A DNA stretch of 63,865 nucleotides, counting the filler, from Craspedostauros australis (taxonomy: Eukaryota): NCBI GenBank assembly GCA_030167865.1. It is 13 parts of 13 records of this genome, joined end to end, with 100 filler letters (N's around TTAATTAATTAA, not from the genome) between each part and the next. Parts side by side here need not be neighbours in the genome. Positions count along the whole stretch, not along the records: positions 34,244 to 36,481 come from JALAGF010004209.1; positions 36,582 to 52,749 come from JALAGF010004210.1; 11 more parts are not named here. One strand, 5' to 3'. The notes beneath the pieces were generated by a model, which saw only the letters and a list, made by a program, of their open reading frames with translations, did not search any database and was not told where the DNA came from. Below are positions 34,244 through 44,699 of this stretch, one piece after another. The number at the start of each line of letters is the position of its first letter. Position 1 is the stretch's first letter. A program made the position numbers and the translations under genes.

Positions 34244-36481
34244 GATATGGCGATGGCCATAATACTGCCAATGGCGACGAGCCAACGCATGATATTGACG
34301 CCACAGACAAGACCGGCATGGCAGCCGCCTTCGAGCTCGAGCTTCAGGTCAGTGGTCTGGAGTGCATGGAAAGCGGAGATGGAAAGTTCGTGCGTCCAGG
34401 AGAAGAATCCAAGACCAATACCGACAGCAACAGTGAGAGCGTCCAGCCATCTCACCACTGGTCATGTGCGGTTATGCCTTTGAGGACTGCATGCAATAAT
34501 AGACTATCAGACAATCGGACTATGGCACCATACTCTACCATCATGGTATTCCATTTCTTCAGAACTGCGGCATAATGGATACGGATACCGCTTCTGCTGC
34601 CACTTCTGTTGCCACTTCTGTTGCCACTTCTGCTGTCGCTTCTCTCCTTCCTGGTGTTCGGCCACCCATCTGCGGAGACATTGTCCAACACTCCAATACC
34701 AAGGCCAACAGCCGCAACTGCAACAACGGCAACCGCAACAACGACAACAACGACAATGGCACAACCAACACCCCTCTCCCAGCAACATGTGGATCTTGCG
34801 ATCATCAGCGGTGGCACAACCGGGACGCTTGCTGCCATTGCAGCGTTGCGCAACACATCAACCTCCACAGGCACATGGATCGCTTTGTTGGAGTCAACAG
34901 AAACAATCCTTCGCAATCTGAGATCCAACCAAGATCAAGGCATGATGTCTTGAGACCCTCTGAGGAAGGTTTCGGAAGTAGTCAAGGAAGGATTCCGACG
35001 TGATCAACGGAGCTTGCTGGGTTGTCGACGAAGACATGGAAGCCACGACAGCAGCAGGAATGGCTGGCAGGACATGTGCCTGATATGGTGTTGGAGACGC
35101 CGACACAAGATGGCGTGACCATCGTCCTCTTCACGACAACATGCGGGGCTGATCCAGATTCCTCCTTTGGCGCATCGACGCAACCTCTGGGTGACGCGTT
35201 GACCGAAAGACTGAACACCAGTGCCGACAATACCGATGGCAGCACCGAGGATGTGGAGGATAGCGACACGTCCACTAAACTCCAGGTACTCACAAATTGG
35301 ATAGTGACCGCAATGGATCCACTCGATGATGGCGATTTCATCCTTCATGTTGGAGACGATCCGCACGATTCTATCCAAGCAAATGCAGTGGTGCTTGCCA
35401 CCAGCAGCTCTCATGACGGCTTGCAGTTGGCTTGCAGTCCAGGGCACAGCATCATGGAACCCATCGCTTGTGGCTGTCCGTTGGTGCTGAATGCAGAGAA
35501 TGAGATGACTGCCATATTGGATGTCATCGACTCGTTCTAATCCAATGAATGTGCCATGCCATTTGTGCGGCTGACGTTGAAGGTTCAGATCGCAGGACAG
35601 AAACGACTGAGACCATTCTAGCAACAAGAATCGTTGGCCTTTGTCGTTGGACCACATTAGTACGAGAGAAACGGCGACAGCAAGGGCAGCGATGACGACG
35701 ATGTCAATGGCGACAGTGATCAGGCTGGCGACAGTGATCAGGCTGGCGACATTGATTACAACAATATCAATACCACTGCGGACAACATTGCACACATCAT
35801 GGCACACATCATTGATGTGACATGCTCCGATGCGAGAGCAGAATTGGACGTCGTCGCAGCTGCGGGCGCGCAGCTCAACAGCGGCATGACAACGTGGCAG
35901 TGCTGAAGCAGATCTATCCGTCACTGTCACTGCAGCGTGCAGTGTGCAGCATACAGCGTGCGGTGGCCGATGTCGCGCTGCTATTGATGACCGTGCGATC
36001 CAAGACCACCAGCTCGATCTCATCCAACGAGGAGGTCCAGCTGCTGCACTTCAATCTCAGACAGATGATTATGGATGCGGAGTGACGTCACGACGAAAGC
36101 GCTGATCCAGGAGGATGGCGAGGTCATGGCGGACCAGCCTCCATCATGCGGTGAGCCTTGTAGGAGGCGCTGCAGGAGAAGCTGATGGAGGAGCTGGAGG
36201 TGACGCCCGTGCATCTCAGCAAGCAGGTGTTGGATGTGGAATGTCAAATACGGCAGAGTGAGATGCCACCCATCTCGCATTTGAAGATGGAACGAGGGAA
36301 GGGCCGTACTGGCATGATATTGTGATGGGCTGGAGTGGCATTGGCATCATCATCAAGCAGTACATCAACGGCGCTGGTGCCGGCAATGGTAATGGCAGTG
36401 GTGATGGCAATGTGCGGTCTTCAGCAGGCAACAAACGCAATTCGGTGGCTGTGTACTCTGGCATCCGCATCCGGCACGCCA
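34244..36481 (+). repeat. Alternative path/paralog of contig 31905-34143
   Basis: Matches the first copy except for a cluster of substitutions and a 1-nt indel at about 34980-35135 (vs 32640-32797). Confidence 0.95.
34609..35638 (+). pseudogene. Second copy of the HI0933-like flavoprotein pseudogene fragment
   Basis: Same motifs and the same TGA (34951-34953) as the first copy. Confidence 0.55.
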
Positions 36482-36595
36482 NNNNNNNNNNNNNNNNNNN
36501 NNNNNNNNNNNNNNNNNNNNNNNNNTTAATTAATTAANNNNNNNNNNNNNNNNNNNNNNNNNNNNNNNNNNNNNNNNNNNNTAGTCCAGAGCTTC

Positions 36596-39500
36596 TCAGA
36601 ACCGCTCCATCGTCACAAATTGACCGGACCGCTCCGAGATCGACCATCGCTTGTTGGATTTGGTGCTGTTGCTAATACCACCACCACCATCCACACCACC
36701 ATGAAGCGACGCGTTCAAACCGACGGTGCTGTGCGTGCTGTTGCCTTGGCTGTTGCGTGCATCGTACTTGCGATAATCCTGCAGGCTCCTCAGCGAATGA
36801 TCGCCCGACGAGAGCCGCGCACCGCTCGTCCCCATCATCCCTGCGACCTGATTGTGCTCCAACGACGACAGGATCGTCATGCTGTCGCTGGATTGCAACA
36901 CGCGCTCCGACTGAATCTCGTAGCACAGCGCCTCGTTCAGCTCCTCCAGCTTGCGGCCCAGCCGGATTCTAGCGTATTCGCCGCCCAGCGCGGTCGTCTG
37001 CTCCGTGTACAGCTGCAGCGTCTTCATCACCTGCAGCTGCGCGTCCACGAAGATGAATTCGTCCTCGAACAGCATGCGGATGGCGATCGAGGCGGACTTC
37101 TCCAGCTCGCCCTTGATCAGGAAGTACTTGGCATGCTCCGCCTCCACCTGCTGCAGCCGCCCCGTGGATCCCACCTCGGCGAACAGCTCCGACGTGCCTC
37201 GTGGTTGCAGCAGCTTGCGTTTCTCGGACTCGTACAGTTCCTGAATCTCCTTCAGGTGCTCCATGGCCTGCCCGTCGTCGGGGAATCCCATCTCCAGCAG
37301 AAGCAGGTACCCGCGGATGCGCACCAAGTACACATTGAACAGCTTCTCCTCGCGCTTCAGACTGCCCCATCCCGTCTCGATGCCTTGGTCGACGATCTCC
37401 ACGTCCATGTCGCGGGAGATCTGCAAGTCGCGGTTACCCAGCTCCATGATCTTATCCGGCTGATCATGGTCATCCTTGATCGTCAGCAGGAACATGCCGC
37501 GGTTGAAGTAACGGTTCGACAGATGCTGCATGAAGTCAAGGCAGTTCGGCGTCCAGCCTTCCGCGGCGTAGAATTCGTCGTACAGGTCTTCACCCACGCG
37601 GATGGCATCGTGGTAGTACGAAGTGCCTCTCTTGATCAGCTGCTTCTTCGTGATGCCGTACATCACGTCCACACCGCTCTGCTGCATCTCGCGGTAGATC
37701 GCGAGCAACGTGTTGCCCAGGTTGTTGCACACCACGCCGATGGCCTTCTTGTTATTCAGGCCCCGGAAGACGCCCAGCGAATCTACCAGCACGTGATACG
37801 CCGTACCCAACTCTCCCGCGTAGAACGCTTCATTCGCCAGCTTGATCACGCGGTACAGCGTGTCCATGGTGTTCGAGACGTTGATGATCTCTTTCGAGCC
37901 CTTGTTCTGGTCGACGGTGGGAGGGTCGTGGCTCGTGTCATTCTTGTTCAGACAACGGATCAGATCCAGCAGGTACAGCATGGGTTCCGTGATCGACTGG
38001 GTGACAACATAGGAGGTGTAGATGGTGGCGACGATGGATATGGCGATAGCGATGCACACAATCACGATGCCGATCGTCGTCTCCCTCCGCAGTTCATCTT
38101 CGGCAGTCTCGAATGGTTGCAATATCTCTTCGATCGATTGACCCAGCGCCAACGAGTAAATGATGTGCTTTGAATTGACGTTGATCCCGCTGGTGAAATC
38201 GGATGCGTTGACAAACTTGATGGAGTTGACATATACCGGTTCGTATGCAATGTATGAATCCACCACTGTATCAACGTCCACAAACAAACCAATTCGGGCG
38301 ATCGATGCCTTGCCAGTGTTCATGTCATTCGAGATTTTCGTCGCATCCCGCGCTTGCTTTTGGCATTTTGGCGTGGAGGTGTCGCATGCGTAGTGGGATC
38401 CTGAGAACAAGTCGAATTCGACTTGGGTGTCATCGCTGTTTTGAGAGGACGACCCGAGCACAATCTGCGGAGCTGACGAGTTGGTGCCAGGCGTCAGCAG
38501 CGCACGGACTCCATTCTTCAACAGCGGCGTCCGATGTTCGTTCATGATGTCAAAAATATTGTCCGTGGTGAAATCGAGGAGCACTTGGCCGACATATTCT
38601 TCGGTGTTTGGGTTCACCAAGGAGAATGTCGCGCTTTGGGCTGTGTTGCCATCGACGAACTCGTATGGCGCTGTCAGATGAAATGGCGTCGGCTCTACAC
38701 CCGGTGGGGGGTTTGCCAGCATCTTTCCAGTGTGATACCATACTCGACATCTGCGAGCGGAAATCGAGCAGAGCATAGTTTTTACGGTGTCATGCGAATG
38801 AATGAGCATGTGATGGGAGAGGCAATGGATTGGATGGGTGAATCAATTGATGGATGTGCGACGAAATGGGCAAATGCATGTCTTTATTCAATGATGCAGA
38901 AAGCCACAGCAAGGTGCAGGGGAAGAGCGCCATGCATGAAGTCTCAGCAGAAGCAACAGCCAATCTGTTGCACACACAATACATAGGCACAAGACACAGG
39001 CGCGCACTCACCTTACGTCAATCCCATGCTTTCCAATTGGACAAAGATCGGGTCGGTACACGTTTCCTTGATTTTCCTCCGTTGACTCCCAGTACGCTGC
39101 AATGCCCTGCATATGATTGTCGCAACCCTGGTCAGCAATTCCCAACCCATCTGCTTCGAATCCGACGAAACGCCCAATGCCATTCTCATTGGTGGGATCG
39201 TAATTTTGGAGCGCTGCGAAAATCGGAATTGCGGAAATGGCCCGCAGCCGATCGTACATCGTGCTGTGCATGTTGAACGCTGCGTACGGATCGTCCACAT
39301 CCAGCAATGTTTCGTTGGGCACATCTTGAATGTTTTCGTACCACGAGGTGCTCGCTGGCGTCACTCCGACGTTCGGAAAAGTCGTGGCCTGGCGTTCTCC
39401 ATCCTTGCCGTTTCTGTCTTTTTCGACGAAGTAGTACGGTAGTTGCTTGCGGCGTTGAGACACTGCGTAATCCTGGCAGCCCGGGTAACCCTCATGCCAC

Positions 39501-42500
39501 GCGCAGTCACAGACAAAGTTCTCCTTCGCCCACGGGCATTCGAAAGGGGAGCCATAGACGCTGCACTGCGAGATCGTCGACGATATCTCCTGGAAGGCAT
39601 CCTCGGCCGCGAGCTTCAAACCACCAAAGAGCAACCAGCTGGCGTACCGTCTCAGAATGTAGGCATCGTGGATCGATCGGCTGGTCTGCGTCGCGACGTA
39701 GTCTGCCCGCAACCGCGTGTTGATGCGCAGCACGTCCAGTTTGACGCGCAGGAAGCTATCTCGCGCATCGTCGATGCTTTCTTGAAATTCATCGGACGCG
39801 ATCCAAACGACGACGACGGAAAGCGTGACAGTCGTCACCAACAACGGGGTGATGATCAGTATCACCACCCAAAGGAACAGCGGCGATCTCAACGGACGTC
39901 GTCGATGCTCCAGGGATATCCTTGCGGCGCTGGAGGACACGAGGGTGCTTGTGGACTTGGAGGAGCTTTGCGGGATGTTGTTGTCGTTCTCCTCGCTGAT
40001 GGTGTTGGGACCAGGATGCAGAAATTCGTATTTGACTTCCGCTTGCTCCTGTTGGTAACCTGCTGCGATATCGTCGAGACTGCTGTTACTGTTGTTGTTG
40101 TTCTTGCGATTGTACAGACCGACGAATTGTTCGCGCAGAAAGAAGCGGTTCGGGGTTTCGACGAGCTTGTTCTTATCGGATTGGGCCATCAGCGACCCGC
40201 TGAAGTTGCACACCATCTTATTGAATTCCTTGACGACCAGTTCGATTTCGGTCGTCGGCGTGCACAGCAGCCGCGCGCTCGTCGTTTTGGGCTGAACCTG
40301 CTGGAAAATCGATTTTCCATTTGCGGTGGATGCCGTGGTGGATGCGTCGCCGGATTGTGCGGCACCGCCGATGGTGTAGGTGGTTCCCGATGTTGTGGCT
40401 GGTTCGTCATGATCGCGTTCTTCGCCAAAGCTGTTGACGATGTTGTCGGCCGTCGTGTTCATGTCCTGCAACGGCGCCGTGATGATGTGCGCCACCAGGA
40501 GGATGATAATTGCCGCTAGACAGAGACTGGCAACACCAGCGCCGACCGCGATCTTGATGACATGATCCAGGTTGTCGTCGACGCTTTCGTTGAGGTTCTC
40601 GACGGGTTCCAATACATCTTCCTTGGCATTGGAGACGATGGCCAAATACGCCGGAACGTACTTCGGATCGTACTCATCCGGGATGGGCGGGATGGGATAT
40701 CCCGAGACGCTGAAGTCGTCCGTATCCAAGATGGTGTTCTCGAACCGTTCCTGCATCGTTACCGGATCCCACGTCTGACCATCTTTCGGAATGAGATTGT
40801 AAAGTTCCTCGTAGAATTCCGTCGTCACACCGATATTGATCTGCGACGCCGTGACGCTGCTGCCCGTGTTGGCGATGCTGAGGGCCGACGACGCCACGAC
40901 GGTGCCCATCGCATCCCATCGCAACACGGAGACTTCTGAATTGTCCGTGAGTCGCGCCGCCTTGAGGATATCCTCGAGGAACTCGATCGCGATACTGACG
41001 AAGGTGCATCCGATGAAGTCGTTGGTGCGTCGATCGTAGATGGCGCGTCCCAACGAGAGGAGCCACGAATTGGGAATCCACGCGTCGAGGTAGGGCCCGT
41101 CGACGACGACCTGTTCCGGATTGAGGGCCATATCACGGAACCAACCACGTTCGACGGGATTGTAATGAGCGCGCGATTGCAGCTGCGTGCCTTTGTCGTT
41201 ACAAAATTGATCGAGCTTCATGCCGTGACCGATGGTGCGCGATGAGTCGTATGGATTAGGAGCGCTGAGCCATTCGCAACCGATGGAGGTGAAATTGGCG
41301 CGCGCGTTGATGGCGTACTTGGGATAGTTGATCGTGGCGCCCGCGCCTTGGCTGGCGAAGTAGAGACCGATGTCGCGCACGTTGCGGTTGAATTCGAACA
41401 TGGCCTTCATGAGGGGGATGATGTCCTTGCCCTTGCGGTGGATGTGCTGCGTGTAGGGTGTCGGAAGCATGACGCCGCCGGTGGTAATGTCGTTGTTGGC
41501 GGCTGTGCAGTTGGGCATGTAGGTGCGCATGTTGGGATTTGTTTCGTCGGGATCGCAGGTGCCCGTTATGAAGAAGGAGGCCGTGGACGTGCTGACGATC
41601 GGTTTGATATCGAATTGCGAGGCCGCGTTGCGTGAGGAGCTGTACCTGTCCAACCGCTCCTGCAAATAGTCGTCGCGGTTGTCTTCTGTCGCCAAGACGA
41701 CGTCGGTGAAATCCCAATCCAACGGCAGAGGCGGCGTCTGGATGGGATACCGATTGGTTTTTGCATTCATATCCCAGAAGGGAACGTAGGCATCCGTGGC
41801 CGTGCCTTCGTCGAGCTCCGCCGCGTTGTAACCTTCGAATCGATCCAACGTGGCATGATAGAGAATCTCCACGATATCCTTGGGATAGATGTGTTCCTGC
41901 AGGGACTCCGCGAGGTAGCGCGCCGTGCGTCCTTGAATCCTGTTGTTGAGATCGTGGAAGGTGTTCGTGTTGATGTCCTTGACGTCCTGACCGATGATGT
42001 AGACCATGAGGATGCACGTGAGCATGACGAAGAGCGTGGCGATGGTGTGGACGGAGCCGAAGGACAGCATGAGCTGGGCCTGCAACGTGACTCTGGGTCT
42101 TAGACACAGCCATTGGATGCATCGCATGCCGCACAACGTGCCGGCAGTATGTTCATCGTCGTCGTTGAGGTTATCATCGTCGTCATCATAACTCGTGCGA
42201 GGCAGAATAAGTTCGCGATTGGTGTGAATATCAGCATCGCCCTTGTGCACCATATGGCTGCCGTCCTCGCTGTTGTCATGATCGTGGACGTTGTCGCTGT
42301 CCGTGCCGCTCGTTTCGAGGACGGGCATGAGCAAGGCTGGCGTGGGTTGACGACGGATCTCCATGGAGGAGGACTTGCGATGCATGGTGAGACTGGAATC
42401 GGAGGAGGCCTTGTGATCGGCCGCGGAATCGTCGCTGCTGGCGGCCGAGTTGCAGCGCACGACTCTGCCCTGTGATGTGCTGGTGGTTGGTTTGTTGTTG

Positions 42501-42895
42501 GTGTTTGCAGTATTGGCAGACTGAAGTGGTGATCGCAGTGGTGCCTGTTCCGGCTGAAGCTGCGGAGCGTCCACTTCGAGCTGCCTCGAACTGCTCTGCG
42601 CGAAGCTGGCCGATGATGCCGTGCTCAATCTATCCATCTCCACCTGTTGCTGCTGCTGCTGCTGCTGCTGCTGAGAGTGTCGTTGCTGCCTCGTGCCTTC
42701 TTCCACAGCCATGATGGCGAGAGTGTAGGCATCATGCGAGGACAGGGACTGTTCCGTGAAGGCGTCATCGTTCGTAGTAGTATTGGTGCTCATGGCAGGG
42801 CTCACAGTAGGGCTCACATTGGTGCTCCGCTGTCTCGAATTGCGGGATTGCTGCTGTCCTTGCTGACAAGGCTGACCCTGGTGGTTGGAATCCAT
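36596..42895 (-). CDS. Receptor-like membrane protein: two tandem TM-Cache-TM-HAMP modules plus a C-terminal TPR region (2 exons, about 2012 aa)
   Basis: Exons 42895-39012 and 38750-36596; intron 38751-39011 (GTGAGT...CAG). Splicing restores DVR|CRVWY. Cache motifs: YNPVERGWF...GPYLDAW...FIGCTFVSI and IDVRCRVWY...TAPYEF...YVGQVLLDF. Four hydrophobic segments; HAMP-like TAPLQDM...EIELVVKEFNKMV and ITEPMLYL...EIINVSNTM; TPR-like AIGVVCNNLGNTL and LSNRYFNRGMFLL. Poly-Q, low-complexity N-terminus. Confidence 0.82.
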
Positions 42896-44699
42896 GTTAT
42901 TGCTTCTTCTGCTTCTTCTGCTCCTGCTGATGGACCTCCTTGGCCTGCGGAGAGAGCGGCAGATGGGTTGTCACCTTGAGAGTACTGCTATACTGCTATA
43001 CTGCAATGCAATAGATGCAGGAATGCACGTGTGTATTGATATGTATACTCTGATATGTATCTTCCGCAAGTGTTGACTGCTCTGTGAAGGACGCAGAAGA
43101 GGGTTGTGGTAGGTCGTTTTGTATTATACAGTCCAATGCACTCTTGGCTCCTTGGGTCGCCCGACCACAACAACTCGATGATGAGAAATGGAAAGTCGCT
43201 TGCTTGCTTCGCCTGCTTGCTTCGCTTGGATCAACTTGGACCGACTCTTCTGCCTCTCTTTGTGTCTGTTTGAGGATGGCGACTCTCTTTGCGATCTGTT
43301 ATCTGACGACCAACTAATGGCCTTATCGATTTGGAGCCTCCTCTTGTCACAGGACAACACCCTCACACACACACTCTCTCTCTCTCTTCCACACCAAGAC
43401 AAGGGCAGGGTTGTGCTTCTGGCTTGCGACGAAGAGGTGAGCATCCAAAGAGAGAAGATGGAGGTGGGTCCATCTCCCCAAAGAGAGCTGCTGTTGCGAC
43501 AACACGAGCCGTTCCCAAACTGGCGGCTCCACTCCTCGTTCGATTTCTTGCTCTGTGCGCGTTTCTCCTCTTTCGCTGTCTTTTCCTTCTTGCCACCACC
43601 TCATACGCAGCGTGGCGCGGAGCTCAATTCTCGCTTCTGCGACAGCCTGTTTCGAATCGAACAGTACGCTTTGGTCCTGTTTTGATGTCGCAAGCTACCA
43701 TTTGCGAGCGCGTTTCTGTCTATGGATACACCTCAATGGAATCCCCAATGCGGAACGTGACAGAAAGCGTTCACTTGTGCATAACAGTGTTCACAAACAA
43801 CGATATCAGTTTCCTTTGACACGATTAATGTCGGTGTCCACCATTCCTAAATAATAACAAAAAGTCACTAGGACCAACGCGAACGGGGACATCCTGCTTG
43901 CAGCAGTTCGGCCCGAGGCATAAAGGACACGGTTCCGTTCCGTTCACGCCACCCAAATCTTGTCAGCCGCCTGCAAACTTCGCGTGATGTTTCGCAAAAA
44001 GTGTTGAGATGTTTGGGAGGCTTCGCGCTGCCTCTCTCTCTAGACTGCGCGTTGTAGTGTTGGGCGCCAACGACAGGGACCTGTTTTGCCTTCGTCTCTG
44101 CAAAGGTACGCATCCATGGAGACGGTAGCGGTCATTGCTTCGGAGTGGAGCGGAACGAAGTGGACCCAAAGATCAGGACTGCCACAGAGCCAGCACATCT
44201 CGATGGAAATGCAAGTCATTGCCTCGTCTATCGTCCCTTGAGGTTCATTCGGTTGGCCCTTGTTTCTGTCCAAGTCCACCCAAAACGCCTCCACACTTCT
44301 CGAAGAATGGAACGCCACTCGATGCGCCGACTTTTCATGCCATCCAGAGGCTGTCGAATCTATTCCACGAGTAGAGAGGAGGCGCCAGAGAGAACATGCG
44401 CCTTGCGATGCAACTCGTGCGATCGTCCACGTGGGCATCATTTCGACGTCCAAATTTGGCGCCTCTTCATTCGTGTATGTTGCGATGGTACTGACATAGG
44501 CTCATTCCGACAGGATCGTTTTGGCGCCATCTTCTTCTCACTTTGGAGACCATGTCCACAAAGATCCAACATCGCCATGCCGGCGCCGAATGGATCGTAA
44601 CCATCTCAAAGAGCGAGAGAGGCAACAACCACCAGCGTGAATGGGTCTCAACCAACCAAGCAACCAACTGACTTGTACAATACAATAGAAGTGCGCACA

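Noticed and set aside
36596..38809. Treating the 737-aa ORF as a separate gene
   Set aside because: Its first residues are intronic; splicing to the upstream ORF restores the Cache RxRxWY motif.
36620..40519. Long antisense ORFs (517 aa and 358 aa) opposite the receptor gene
   Set aside because: Typical antisense shadows of GC3-biased coding sequence, with no motifs.
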